DNA of 64,000 nucleotides from Eubacterium sp. (GCA_963653425.1 CAVJWC010000001.1:279430-343429), one strand, 5' to 3'. Counted from the stretch's first letter, positions 8,501-18,315 are shown. Notes: generated from the sequence alone by a model not told the origin. Translations and numbers: made by a program.

Positions 8501-9574
8501 TCAGATCTTTCCTTCGAAGGCTTCGGCGATTGCAAGGGCGGTGGCAGATTCGACGATTACGCAACTTCTTATAAGCTGATTGCAGTCGGAAGGGGATTCC
8601 GAACAAAACTCTCTGACCTTGCCGGAAAGAAGATCCGCTCCGCTCTGAACTCGAGATAAAGAAGGAATGGGTTTCATTCCCACGCGGAAAAGCAACGGCG
8701 CGCCCGACGTGAAACCGCCGAGAAGTCCGCCCGAATTGTTGGTAGCAAAGGAAATTTCACCGTTCTTTTCGCAAAAAACGTCGTTAACGGCAGAAGCGTT
8801 TTTTCTCCAGGCGTTCACAGCGCCGAATTCCAGCGATTTTACCGACGGAATTGCGAAAACGAGCGAAGCTATAAGCGAATCGACGCCTTCGAAAATCGGA
8901 CCGCCTTTACCGACGGGAAGATTCTCCGCAATACATTCGATTTCACCGCCGATAGTATCGCAGGTTGCCCTGTACGAGTTTATAACGGCAGAAAATTCCT
9001 GCTCGGCGTCGGGATTTATGACGGGAAAAAGCTTTTTACCAAGCGACGAAAGCAATTCTTTGTCTTCGCCCATGGGATTAAAGGGACGGTCGCGCTTATC
9101 TCCTACGGACAAAACGTGAGAACCCAAAGCCAAACCCTGCTTTTCCGCAAGACGGGAAGCTACGATTCCTCCGAAAAAGGTCAAAGGCGCGGTAAGTCTT
9201 GCCGAATAATGTCCTCCGCCTCGGATGTCGTTAAAGCCGTCGTTCTTTTTGTACGCAGGGTAGTCACTGTGAGAAGGACGGGCAACGGAATACTTTGCTT
9301 CGTCGCCTCCGTGGGCTTTGTTTCTTATAAGCACGGCAACAGGCGAACCCGTCGTTCTTCCTTTATAAACACCGCTAAGTATCTCGAATTCGTCGCTTTC
9401 ACGGCGAGCCGTTCCGAATTGCGTGCGGGAAGTCCGTCTGAGCATCCATTCGGAAAGAAAATCTTCGTCTATTTTTATGCCTGCGGGAAGTCCGTCAAGC
9501 ACTCCTCCGACTCCGACGCCGTGAGATTCTCCGAAAAGCGAAAGTCTTATATATCTACCCCAAGTCGACGACAC
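8501..9574 (-). CDS. aroC: Chorismate synthase
   Basis: 357 aa; N-terminus WGRYIRLSLFGESHGVGVGGVLDGLPAGI matches the chorismate synthase signature region. Confidence 0.95.
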   Translation of the reverse strand: MSSTWGRYIRLSLFGESHGVGVGGVLDGLPAGIKIDEDFLSEWMLRRTSRTQFGTARRESDEFEILSGVYKGRTTGSPVAVLIRNKAHGGDEAKYSVARPSHSDYPAYKKNDGFNDIRGGGHYSARLTAPLTFFGGIVASRLAEKQGLALGSHVLSVGDKRDRPFNPMGEDKELLSSLGKKLFPVINPDAEQEFSAVINSYRATCDTIGGEIECIAENLPVGKGGPIFEGVDSLIASLVFAIPSVKSLEFGAVNAWRKNASAVNDVFCEKNGEISFATNNSGGLLGGFTSGAPLLFRVGMKPIPSLSRVQSGADLLSGKVREFCSESPSDCNQLIRSCVIVESATALAIAEAFEGKI

Positions 9575-10778
9575 TGTATTTTCCTCCCAAGAGTTTGTAG
9601 TTTTCGTAAAAGTCCGCGCTGGATTTTCCCGTACAATCGTAATCGCAAACGATAAGTCCGCCTCTTTTTGCGCCGAGAACGGCTGACGCCATAGATATTC
9701 TGTGGTCGTTTCCTGTCCGGATTTCGGTTAAACCCGAAATCGGCGTTTTTTGCGGAAAAACCCTTAAAGTCTCTCCGTAGCATTCATACTCCGCTCCCGC
9801 GCATTTTATCAGAGCAATAGTTGCCGTCAGTCTGTCGCTTTCTTTGCTTCTAAGTCGCGACACGTGAAGAAAGACCGACGGGCTTTCGGCAAAGCAAGCC
9901 GTAACCGACAAAATCGGCACTATATCGGGATTTCGAGAGGCGTCGCAAACAAAACCGTCGAAACTGCTTTTTTCGGCAAGCACGCCTCCGTCTTTCACGG
10001 AAACTTTACCGCCTGCTTTTTGAAGAAGTTCCGAAACGCGAGCGTCGCTTTGAAGAGAATTCTGAGGTAAATCGGGCGCAAAAGTTTTTCCGCAAAGCAA
10101 ACCCGCAACTATCCAGTTAGTCTGGTGAGTCCAGTCGTTTTCGATAAACTCGTGAATTTCGGGCATACGGACGAATTCTCTGTGCAAAACGAAACCTTCT
10201 CTTTTCTCACAGATAAAGCCAAGTTTTTTAAGACATTCGGCTGTCATTTTCGCATAGCCCACAGAGCTGTCGCCTACGGGGATTATTTCCGTACCGCATA
10301 AGGCGGAAGCTATAAGAAAGCCCGAGAAGAGCTGAGAAGTTTTGGTGCAGTCTACGGTAATACGGGAAGAAGAAAGCTTACCGCAAACTTTAACGCGAAG
10401 AGTCGAATTTTCACCCGAAGAAACTTCGCAGTCTATGCCGAGCGAACGCAGAAAATCGATCTCGGTTTTCGTTCTTTCATACAAAACCCGCGAAATAACG
10501 TAGACGGTTGAGATTTCCAAGGCGATTCTTACTGGCATAAGCATACGGAAAAGCGTGGCGTTATCACCGCAAAAGATTTCCGCATAATCGTCCGTAAGTT
10601 TTTGGCAAGCGTTATAGCAGGCTTTTACGTCCTCTCCGCAAAGAAACTTTTTGTACTCCGAAAGCCTTCCGCATCCGAAAAGACTTTCGGTTATCAAACC
10701 TCTTTGCAGAAGAGATTTCGACGGAAGAAAGGGTGCGTTTCCGCAAATAAAAGCTTTTTCTACGAGAATTGAAGCCAT
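9555..10778 (-). CDS. aroA: 3-phosphoshikimate 1-carboxyvinyltransferase (EPSP synthase)
   Basis: 407 aa; LPSKSLLQR near the N-terminus and GNDHRISMASAVLG near the C-terminus are EPSP synthase motifs. Overlaps aroC by 20 nt. Confidence 0.9.
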   Translation of the reverse strand: MASILVEKAFICGNAPFLPSKSLLQRGLITESLFGCGRLSEYKKFLCGEDVKACYNACQKLTDDYAEIFCGDNATLFRMLMPVRIALEISTVYVISRVLYERTKTEIDFLRSLGIDCEVSSGENSTLRVKVCGKLSSSRITVDCTKTSQLFSGFLIASALCGTEIIPVGDSSVGYAKMTAECLKKLGFICEKREGFVLHREFVRMPEIHEFIENDWTHQTNWIVAGLLCGKTFAPDLPQNSLQSDARVSELLQKAGGKVSVKDGGVLAEKSSFDGFVCDASRNPDIVPILSVTACFAESPSVFLHVSRLRSKESDRLTATIALIKCAGAEYECYGETLRVFPQKTPISGLTEIRTGNDHRISMASAVLGAKRGGLIVCDYDCTGKSSADFYENYKLLGGKYSVVDLG

Positions 10779-11783
10779 TTACGTTTTCTCCTTTAACGTC
10801 CGTTTTACCGCAAGAATATATTCGTCGGTTTTTATCTTTCTGACTTCGGCAGGATTTCCGTCCGAAACGAGGACGGAAAGGATATATTCGCCCTGATTTT
10901 TCTTGTCGCTTTTAATAAGACGGGAAGCTTTAAGAATATCCACCTCGGGAAGCCGAACGTTTAAGCCGTTAAAAAGAGCATCAAGCTGTTTTCTTCTGCC
11001 GTCAACCTTTTTACCGAAAAGCGCGGACACTTCGATTTCCGTTTTCATTCCGACGGCAACGGCTATTCCGTGGGGAATCTCACCCAAAGTAAGTTCTTCC
11101 ACGGCGTGACCGACGGTGTGTCCGAAATTGAGAATATGTCTTTCGCTAAAGTCGGTAAAGTCGCGTTCCGTAACGGAAAGCTTGAATTTATAGGCTTTTT
11201 CTATGACTTCGCCAAGAGCGCAGGGGTTACTTAAAAGCAAAGAAGCGAAACCGTCCGTCGTTATCATATCGTACTTGACGAGTTCGCAAAGTCCGCTCGA
11301 ATATTCCCGTTCGGGTAAGGTTTTCAAAAAGCTCACGTCGGCTATTACGACTTCGGGCGTATAGAAACCGCCGATAAGGTTCTTGAACCCGAAAGCGTTG
11401 ACGCCGTTTTTTCCTCCGAAAGCCGCGTCAATCATACAAAGAAGCGTCGTGGGAACGCTTACAAACCGACATCCTCGCATATAGGTCTGAGCAGTAAAAC
11501 CCGCCGTATCGGTAACGACTCCTCCGCCCACGGCTATAACTACGTCGTTTCTGTCAAAGTCGTTGGTTTTAAGAAAGAGATAAAGTTTACTTACTTCTTC
11601 GAGGTTTTTGTGTTCTTCGCCCATAGGTAAAACGTAATAAAAAGCCTTGGGAAGTTCAAGCTCTTCGGCTCTTTTCTTAAAAAGCCTTTCCGTGTTTTCG
11701 TCGAACACGAAAAGAACTTTGCTTTCACCGCTCTGTAAGCCGTTTATACGTTTTATATACCCGAATTCTTTTTCTATAATCAT
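10779..11783 (-). CDS. aroB: 3-dehydroquinate synthase
   Basis: 334 aa; AVGGGVVTDTAGFTAQTYMRGCRFVSVPTTLLCMIDAAFGGKNGVN is the DHQS nucleotide/metal-binding core. Confidence 0.92.
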   Translation of the reverse strand: MIIEKEFGYIKRINGLQSGESKVLFVFDENTERLFKKRAEELELPKAFYYVLPMGEEHKNLEEVSKLYLFLKTNDFDRNDVVIAVGGGVVTDTAGFTAQTYMRGCRFVSVPTTLLCMIDAAFGGKNGVNAFGFKNLIGGFYTPEVVIADVSFLKTLPEREYSSGLCELVKYDMITTDGFASLLLSNPCALGEVIEKAYKFKLSVTERDFTDFSERHILNFGHTVGHAVEELTLGEIPHGIAVAVGMKTEIEVSALFGKKVDGRRKQLDALFNGLNVRLPEVDILKASRLIKSDKKNQGEYILSVLVSDGNPAEVRKIKTDEYILAVKRTLKEKT

Positions 11784-11790
11784 AACGCAG

Positions 11791-12612
11791 TTAAAAATTA
11801 ACCGAAACGTATTCGCCGAGAAGCCTTTCTACTTCGGCGATCTTGCTTCTTTCGGGAATAACCGAAGAAGAGAAACTTTCGTCGTCGAACTTATTATCCG
11901 TGAGCCATATAGCCTGAGCAAAAGCCGCCTGATAGGCGAGCATGGAAAGTCCTCCGCAGTATTTTATTCCCGCTTTTTCTGCCGAAAGCTCCAGAAGCGT
12001 CTTGTTCTTTGAGTAAACCACGTCGAAAACGCCCTTTGCAAAACTTATAACTTCGTCCGAAAGAAGTTTGGCGTCGGTTTTATAGCCTACGCTGGTCGCG
12101 TTGATTACGTAATCGTATTCGGGCTTCACGTTGTCGTAAGTTACCGCGCGCAAAGACAAATCGGACACCGACTGAGCCTTTTCCAAGCTTCTTACGGCAA
12201 AGACCACGTCCGAAGCGTTACCTGAAATTCTTTTCACGGCAAAAAAAACAGCCCGAGCCGCTCCGCCGTTTCCGAGAATGAGAACTCTTCCTCCGAAATT
12301 CGGGAAAGCGTTTCTTATGGCGAATTCCGCGCCCGGGATGTCGGTATTATAGCCCACGCCCTTTTTAACCGTATTGACAGCGCCCGCCTTGGTGCTGACC
12401 TTAGTGAGGTAGGGAATTATATCGCACTTAAAGGGCATGGTAACGTTAAAGCCGTCAAAATCGCGGTTTATCTTTTCGTAGTCTTCTCGCGTAAGGCTTT
12501 CGGTTTTAATCTTTTCGTAGTCCGCGTCTATTCCGTTAATTGCGAAAAGAAGTTTGTGAAGGTAAGGGGAAGGAGACTTTTCCACGGAATTACCTATTAA
12601 AGCAAATTTCAT
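11791..12612 (-). CDS. aroE: Shikimate dehydrogenase
   Basis: 273 aa; N-terminal IGNSVEKSPSPYLHK and the NADP-binding loop LILGNGGAARAV are typical of AroE. Confidence 0.88.
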   Translation of the reverse strand: MKFALIGNSVEKSPSPYLHKLLFAINGIDADYEKIKTESLTREDYEKINRDFDGFNVTMPFKCDIIPYLTKVSTKAGAVNTVKKGVGYNTDIPGAEFAIRNAFPNFGGRVLILGNGGAARAVFFAVKRISGNASDVVFAVRSLEKAQSVSDLSLRAVTYDNVKPEYDYVINATSVGYKTDAKLLSDEVISFAKGVFDVVYSKNKTLLELSAEKAGIKYCGGLSMLAYQAAFAQAIWLTDNKFDDESFSSSVIPERSKIAEVERLLGEYVSVNF

Positions 12613-12620
12613 AATAATCC

Positions 12621-13349
12621 TCAGATAATTCTTTTGTTTTCAAGAAGTTTCAGCATATCCTTAACTACCGACTGCGGAGCTTTTAATTCCGTAAGGGCGA
12701 ATTTAAGCGACGTCGCGAATAAAGCCACAAGGCGGGCGTTTCCCGATTCGGAAGATGCAATAACGGCGTCAAGAAGAAGACGGAAATCTTTTTTCGCGTC
12801 AGGAGAACCTTTAAGTTTAATCTTGGAAAATCCGCCGAAAAACGCACAAAGTTCCTGCTTGTCCTCGTCCGAAAGCTTTATATCCGAAGCAAAGAAATCT
12901 TTACGCAGATCGTAGGCTTCGTTGTATACGACCTTGGCGATGTTATGCGCGCACACGCTGTACTCGGATATGAGTTCTTTGCAAAAAAGATTGTAAGACT
13001 CCTGCTTATCGCGCGCGGGAAAATATTCGGAAATAAACTTAAACGGATCTCTCTTCCCGAGGTCCATCTCGGAAAGCAGATAAGTAATGAAGGTAAACCG
13101 TCTTTCGTCGCCTTCGGGAAGGATAAGCTTGCTTCGGATTTCTCCGTCCTTTTCGGGAAGGATAACTCTTGCGCGTCTGAATTCGTCTTCGTAAGAGAAA
13201 TTCTGTCTCGTTTGCGTTATAACCGAACTCAGAAATTCGCTGTCGACTACCGTTTTCAGAAGCTCGGATATGCCTTTACTCATAAAAATAAAGTTTCCCG
13301 ATTGAAGAGCGGATACACAATTATCGAAATTTTTAAGTCTGCTGTCCAT
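12621..13349 (-). CDS. Hypothetical protein (first gene of the shikimate operon)
   Basis: 242-245 aa, predicted mostly helical; I recognise no family. GGAGG sits 10 nt upstream of the ATG at 13349 and is too close to the ATG at 13358. The stop lies 8 nt before the aroE start. Confidence 0.5.
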   Translation of the reverse strand: MDSRLKNFDNCVSALQSGNFIFMSKGISELLKTVVDSEFLSSVITQTRQNFSYEDEFRRARVILPEKDGEIRSKLILPEGDERRFTFITYLLSEMDLGKRDPFKFISEYFPARDKQESYNLFCKELISEYSVCAHNIAKVVYNEAYDLRKDFFASDIKLSDEDKQELCAFFGGFSKIKLKGSPDAKKDFRLLLDAVIASSESGNARLVALFATSLKFALTELKAPQSVVKDMLKLLENKRII

Positions 13350-13451
13350 TTTTCGCATACCTCCGTATCTTAAATATTACCATATTTTTCCTTAAAAAAC
13401 AACGGTCTTCGTCATAATTAAAAAAAATTTTTTCATTTTCTCTCAAAAGAA

Positions 13452-13480
13452 TTGATATTAGAAAGGAATTATTGTATAAT
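13452..13480 (+). promoter_or_regulatory. Sigma-A type promoter of the DUF4364-like gene
   Basis: TTGATA - 17 nt - TATAAT. Its position rules out the ORF-track start at 13472. Confidence 0.6.
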
Positions 13481-13528
13481 ATATATCTAAAAATTTGCAG
13501 AGCTGTCTGCATTACTCGGCGGAATAAA

Positions 13529-14086
13529 ATGTCACCTTCGGTTGCTTCAACGAACAATGCAATAAAAATCGACCACACGCAGCATAAAATACTGCTTCTT
13601 TTCGTGTTCGATAAAATGGAAATGCCGCTTACCGACAACACCGTTTTTGACTTCTGCACCGCCACCAACACCTGGCTTACTTATATCGACTGCAAACTTG
13701 CTCTCGAAGAACTTATCGGCGCAGGTTTTCTCGTTACCACGGAAAACGCCGCAAAAGAAAGGCTTTATTCGCTTGCGCCCGAAGGCAGAATTTGTCTGGC
13801 GCACTTCTTCCCCAAGCTTCCGTCATCCATTCGCGAAGACATTACCTGTCAGGTTAAGTCACAGAGAATGAGTTTTAAGCGCAAACAGGAATATTTTGCG
13901 GATTACGACAAGTGCGCCGACGGGAATTACAGGGTAAATCTTCGCATAGTCGAACCCGATAAAGAAGTGGTAGAAGTCATAATTACCGTACCGAGCAGGG
14001 GACTCGCTTCTTCGGTTTGCGAGAAGTGGGAAGAAAAAGCTCCTGCGGTTTATCAGACGATTTACGACCAACTTATAGATAACTGA
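13529..14086 (+). CDS. DUF4364-like putative winged-helix protein
   Basis: 185 aa from the ATG at 13529. The N-terminal half looks like a PadR/winged-helix fold (LLLFVFDKMEMPLTDNTVFDF...LEELIGAGFLV...YSLAPEGRICLAHF), as in clostridial DUF4364 proteins. Family call is from memory. Confidence 0.5.
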   Translation: MSPSVASTNNAIKIDHTQHKILLLFVFDKMEMPLTDNTVFDFCTATNTWLTYIDCKLALEELIGAGFLVTTENAAKERLYSLAPEGRICLAHFFPKLPSSIREDITCQVKSQRMSFKRKQEYFADYDKCADGNYRVNLRIVEPDKEVVEVIITVPSRGLASSVCEKWEEKAPAVYQTIYDQLIDN

Positions 14087-14096
14087 ATTTTTCGTA

Positions 14097-14119
14097 CCGC
14101 CTCACAGGGCGGTTTTTTT
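14097..14119 (+). terminator. Intrinsic terminator after the DUF4364-like gene
   Basis: CCGCC-TCACAG-GGCGG followed by TTTTTTT, 10 nt after the stop codon. Confidence 0.75.
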
Positions 14120-14200
14120 ATTGCCCGAACGTGCGACCCGTTCAGAACGTCCGAGTTTTTCCGTTGTTTTTTGTTTGTAATTTTATATGAATTCGTGTTT

Positions 14201-14367
14201 TCGTTGCGCTTAAAATCGTTTCGTTGCGATTAAAAGGCGGTTTTTATTCTTCAAAAAAGCCGTTTGGCTGTACTTAAAAAACGATTTTATCGTTCTTAAA
14301 AAGCCGTTTTGCTGTACTTAAAAGGTGATTTTGTCGTTCTTAAAAAGCCGTTTTCGTTGCGTAAAAG
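14201..14367. repeat. Degenerate tandem repeat (about 22-bp units; 44-bp higher-order duplication)
   Basis: Units TCGTTGCGCTTAAAATCGTT / TCGTTGCGATTAAAAGGCGG... Then CTGTACTTAAAAAACGATTTTATCGTTCTTAAAAAGCCGTTTTG (14268-14311) is repeated almost exactly at 14312-14355. Abuts the PBP stop codon. Confidence 0.8.
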
Positions 14368-14368
14368 T

Positions 14369-16099
14369 TCATTCTGAAGGCGGAATATCCCAAAGGGCAA
14401 TCATCTTCTCGAACACGAGTTTTGCGTAAGGGGCGGCGACTATGCTTCCGTAGCTCTGTCCCTCAGGTTCGTCGATAATTATAAGAGCGAGGTATTCAGG
14501 CGAATCTGACGGAAAAAAGCCTACAAAAGAACTTACGTATTTGCCCGTCGCTATCTTGCCGTTTTCGAATTTCTGAGCCGTTCCCGTTTTTCCGCCTACT
14601 TTATAGCCTTCCACGTAAGCGTTTTTTCCTCCGCCGTTTTTTACCACGCCTTCGAGCATTTCCGCAATAAGTTTACTCGTTTCTTTGCTTACGGGACGGC
14701 TTCTGACTTCGGGGTAAAACTCCTTGACTACGCCGTTTTCGTCTTCTATGCGTCTGACCAGCCGAGGCGTATAGAGGTAGCCTCCGTTTACAGCGGCGGA
14801 GGTCGCCATAGCCAGCTGAATTGCGGTTACGGCTATTGACTGACCGAAACCTATTCGGGCAAGGTCGCCTGCGGTTACGCTTTTGAGGCTTATTATAAGC
14901 CCGCTCTGCTCTCCCGAAAAGTCCACTCCGCTTTTACTTCCGTAGCCGAAAGCTTTAAGGTAGTTATAATAGGTTTCTTTCCCGAGAGAAAGCGCAATAT
15001 CGGTAAATATCGGGTTGCAACTGTTTTTAAGGGCGTCGGAAAGATTCTGATTGCAGTGCTTTCCGTTTGCGTGAGAAGTCCAGCATTTTATCTTCGCACC
15101 TTTGTCTACTATGCGGTAATTACTGTTGTTCGTAAAAACGTGAGCCACGCCGAAAGCCTTGGGATTCCCGTTTTTGTATTCTTCGAGGCAAGCCGCAGCC
15201 GTTAAAATCTTAAAAGTCGAACCGGGTTCGTACACGTCGGTAAAAAGGACGTTGCGGGTGTTATTCTGAAGCGTTTGAAGGTCTCCGCGCGGAAGATTAT
15301 TGAAATCCACGCCCGGACGGGAAGCAAGCGTTAAAATCTCTCCGCTGTTAACGTCTATTACTATACAGCTCGCGCGTTTGGGGTTATGCGCCTTATATGC
15401 AATATCCAGAATGGATTCGGTGGCTTTCTGAAGTTCGGAATCTACGGTAAGGATAACGGTGCTACCTTTTTTTGCCGAAATATAATCTATATAATCCTGT
15501 TTGAGTTCGTCGCCTATAAGGTCGCTCGGAGTTAAAATTCTGCCGTCTATACCCGAAAGGTATTTGTCGTAATAGGCTTCTATGCCAGCCTGACCTTGAT
15601 TGTCTGCCGAAACGAATCCCAAAATCTGAGAAAGCGACGTTCCGTCTGCGTAGCTTCTTTCGGCGGAAGAAGCAAGATAAACGCCCGAAAGGTTTCTTTC
15701 TCTTATTTTTTTCGCTTCTTCTACGTCCGCGCCACGCTTTACGCGAAGGTCGGAAACGCCTTTACGGGTAACTTTTTCTTTCATTTCGTCGTAGGGCGTT
15801 CCGAGAATTTCGGAAAGAGCTGTCGCCACGCTTTCGGGTTCTTTGACGCTTTTAGGTCTTACGTAAACGTCGTAAACTCTTTTCGAGGAGGCTATGATTT
15901 TTCCGTTTCTGTCGAGAACGTCCCCTCTTTCCGCAATCAGAGGGAGCTGTCTCATCCATTGTCCGTAAGCGCGGTTACGAAGTTCTCCGCCCCAGAAAAG
16001 CTGGACGTATCCGAGACGAAAAATAACCAGTATAAAAATAAAAGCCAATAACATTATTACTGTTATCAGCCTTTTTTTAACCGAATAATAGGTCTGCAT
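14369..16099 (-). CDS. Class B penicillin-binding protein (FtsI/SpoVD-type transpeptidase)
   Basis: Has an N-terminal TM helix, STFK (EPGSTFKIL), SxN (KNSCNP) and KTG (GGKTGTAQ) motifs, and the dcw position after ftsL. Start set to the ATG at 16099 (GGAGG 5 nt upstream); the track start is a TTG inside the SD. Confidence 0.9.
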   Translation of the reverse strand: MQTYYSVKKRLITVIMLLAFIFILVIFRLGYVQLFWGGELRNRAYGQWMRQLPLIAERGDVLDRNGKIIASSKRVYDVYVRPKSVKEPESVATALSEILGTPYDEMKEKVTRKGVSDLRVKRGADVEEAKKIRERNLSGVYLASSAERSYADGTSLSQILGFVSADNQGQAGIEAYYDKYLSGIDGRILTPSDLIGDELKQDYIDYISAKKGSTVILTVDSELQKATESILDIAYKAHNPKRASCIVIDVNSGEILTLASRPGVDFNNLPRGDLQTLQNNTRNVLFTDVYEPGSTFKILTAAACLEEYKNGNPKAFGVAHVFTNNSNYRIVDKGAKIKCWTSHANGKHCNQNLSDALKNSCNPIFTDIALSLGKETYYNYLKAFGYGSKSGVDFSGEQSGLIISLKSVTAGDLARIGFGQSIAVTAIQLAMATSAAVNGGYLYTPRLVRRIEDENGVVKEFYPEVRSRPVSKETSKLIAEMLEGVVKNGGGKNAYVEGYKVGGKTGTAQKFENGKIATGKYVSSFVGFFPSDSPEYLALIIIDEPEGQSYGSIVAAPYAKLVFEKMIALWDIPPSE

Positions 16100-16129
16100 T
16101 TCGTCCTCCAAAGCGCGGAGGAAAAAACC

Positions 16130-16735
16130 TTACGCGCCGAAAAGTCCGGAAAAGAAATCGCATATTGCGTCGAAAAAGTTCTTATCGACGGTATAGGTAA
16201 GAGGCGCGCGCTGAACGGGCGCACTGAATTGCATCTGACTCGAAGCCGACGGCAAATCGAACCCGAGTTCGCGGGCTTTTGCTTCGACGTCCAGGTTCTT
16301 TTCGAATTCGGCAATCTGAGAGTTAAGCTCCGCTACTTCGCCCGCAAGCGCTTTCTGCTGTTCGTAAAGCTCGTTGTACTCGGCAAGAGAACCGTTGATT
16401 TTGGCGTTGGTAATCATTATCGCAAGCAGAAGACCGCATACCGCGATAACGTAAATCAGGATCATAACCTTGTTTTTAAGCGACAGACCTGCTTTTTCCG
16501 TTTCGCGTTCGGAAGCCTTCTGAGTCTTGACGTAACCCAGAGTGCGCTCGGTTGGTCTTGCGTCTTCGCTTTCCCTGACTATATCCGTATCGTAGCCGTC
16601 GTCCAGATTAAACTCTGAATCTTTGGCGAATTTACTCAGAATTTCATTGACTTTCTCGCGTTCGATTTCTTCGTCGTAAACCGAATTATGAAGTTCTCTC
16701 ACGTCTTCTTTCGTCGTGTAATTTCTTCCGGCCAT
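16130..16735 (-). CDS. ftsL: FtsL-like cell division protein with extended N-terminal region
   Basis: 201 aa. One TM helix (VMILIYVIAVCGLLLAIMI) followed by a coiled-coil (LAEYNELYEQQKALAGEVAELNSQIAEFEKNL). Lies between rsmH and the PBP. The acidic cytoplasmic N-terminal extension of about 85 aa is longer than in typical FtsL. Confidence 0.55.
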   Translation of the reverse strand: MAGRNYTTKEDVRELHNSVYDEEIEREKVNEILSKFAKDSEFNLDDGYDTDIVRESEDARPTERTLGYVKTQKASERETEKAGLSLKNKVMILIYVIAVCGLLLAIMITNAKINGSLAEYNELYEQQKALAGEVAELNSQIAEFEKNLDVEAKARELGFDLPSASSQMQFSAPVQRAPLTYTVDKNFFDAICDFFSGLFGA

Positions 16736-16853
16736 TATATTCTATTCCCCCAAATCCGTTTTTATGCCTCGGCAAAAAATGTTGGCGCCGCCCGATAATT
16801 CCGACGAAACTCGCGGTTTACGAAACGCGGCTAAGGTACGTGGTTATAAAATC

Positions 16854-17789
16854 CTAAACGGCTTTACGCTCGGCTATTCTGAGCTTTGCGCTCGCCGACC
16901 TCGGATTCGATTCAAGTTCTTCCGGGGTTGCAATAAGAGGTTTGTTTGTAAGGATAGCTATTTCCGATTTTTTACCGCATACGCACACCGGGAAATCCTT
17001 AGGACAAACACAGTCCGCCGCAAGTTCTTTCATGGTCTGTTTGACTATTCTGTCTTCCAGCGAATGAAAGGTAATTACTGCGATTCTTCCGCCTGTTTTT
17101 AAGGCTCTGACGCCCTTGATAACGGATTCGCTCAGGCGATCAAGCTCTCCGTTGACTTCTATCCTTATTGCCTGAAAAGTTCTTTTTGCCGGATGGCCTC
17201 CGGTTCTTTTGCAAGCTGCAGGGATTGATCTTTCGATAATCCCTACAAGCTCGCCGGTAGTTGAGATTTTCCCCTTTTCTCTCTCGATAACTATGTTTTT
17301 CGCGATATTTCCCGCGAATTTCTCTTCGCCGTAATCGCGTAAAATTCTCTTCAACTCTTCCTGAGTATATCCGTTCACGACGTCGGACGCGCTGAACGGC
17401 TGGTCGCTATTCATACGCATGTCGAGCGGTGCGTCGGCTATATACGAGAAACCTCTTTCAGCGTTGTCGAGCTGATAACTGCTTACCCCTAAGTCCATCA
17501 GCACGCCGTCTACCTTGTCTATTCCGAGTCCCGAAAGAACGTCGTCGAGATTACAGTAATCGCTTTTTACAAGTTTCTTATTCGTAAAGCTTTTAAGACG
17601 CTCCTCACAGTGTCTTAAAGCTTCGCTGTCTTTATCTATTCCTATAAGCAGACCTTGAGGAATTCTTCTGAGTATTTCCTCGCTGTGTCCTCCGCCGCCT
17701 ATCGTACAATCTACGTATATTCCGTCGGGCTTGATATTCAGCCCTTCGATACATTCGCCAAGCATTACCGGTACGTGTCTGAATTCCAT
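16854..17789 (-). CDS. rsmH: 16S rRNA (cytosine1402-N4)-methyltransferase
   Basis: 311 aa; HVPVMLGECIEGL...YVDCTIGGGGHSEEIL is the RsmH/MraW signature. Follows mraZ. Confidence 0.95.
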   Translation of the reverse strand: MEFRHVPVMLGECIEGLNIKPDGIYVDCTIGGGGHSEEILRRIPQGLLIGIDKDSEALRHCEERLKSFTNKKLVKSDYCNLDDVLSGLGIDKVDGVLMDLGVSSYQLDNAERGFSYIADAPLDMRMNSDQPFSASDVVNGYTQEELKRILRDYGEEKFAGNIAKNIVIEREKGKISTTGELVGIIERSIPAACKRTGGHPAKRTFQAIRIEVNGELDRLSESVIKGVRALKTGGRIAVITFHSLEDRIVKQTMKELAADCVCPKDFPVCVCGKKSEIAILTNKPLIATPEELESNPRSASAKLRIAERKAV

Positions 17790-18256
17790 TATACTCCGTA
17801 CCCCTTTAGCAGTTCGGCAACTTCGTCGAACCTCTTATAATCGGCATATTTCGTATCGGCGTCTTCTTCGTCGTAAATGGTTCTTCTTTTGGCGTAACCC
17901 TCTTCGCTCCATATCGTCCAACCTCTCGGAACGCCTATGATAATTACGTTTTTATCGATTTTAGCGTAATCTTTCAAAATCTGAGGAAGAACGAATCTGC
18001 CCTGATCGTCCTGTTTGACGCAAGGGGATCTTTCGTAAAGCCAGCCGATAGCGTCCATTCTTTCAAAGTCGCCCATAGGCACGGTACTGAGTTTTTCCGA
18101 AAGCTTGTCCATGTCTTCTTTCTGACGAACGAGAAGCGAACCTCTGAGGTCTGCCGAAATAACGAATTCATCGCCGTATTCTTCTCTTTTGAACGCAGGA
18201 AGACGCATTCTGTTTTTACTGTCAAGCTGATGTTCAAATCTGCCCGAATGCCACAT
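17789..18256 (-). CDS. mraZ: Division/cell wall cluster transcriptional repressor MraZ
   Basis: 155 aa; two SpoVT/AbrB-like halves with LDSKNRMRLP and DDQGRFVLPQ motifs. First gene of the dcw cluster. Confidence 0.93.
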   Translation of the reverse strand: MWHSGRFEHQLDSKNRMRLPAFKREEYGDEFVISADLRGSLLVRQKEDMDKLSEKLSTVPMGDFERMDAIGWLYERSPCVKQDDQGRFVLPQILKDYAKIDKNVIIIGVPRGWTIWSEEGYAKRRTIYDEEDADTKYADYKRFDEVAELLKGYGV

Positions 18257-18286
18257 ATGCAGTCCTCCTTTTATCTTGGTACTAAC

Positions 18287-18315
18287 ATTTTATAAGAAAA
18301 TCGAGCCATTGTCAA
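18287..18315 (-). promoter_or_regulatory. Sigma-A type promoter of mraZ (Pmra)
   Basis: Minus strand TTGACA - 17 nt - TAAAAT, about 30 nt upstream of the mraZ start. Confidence 0.7.
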
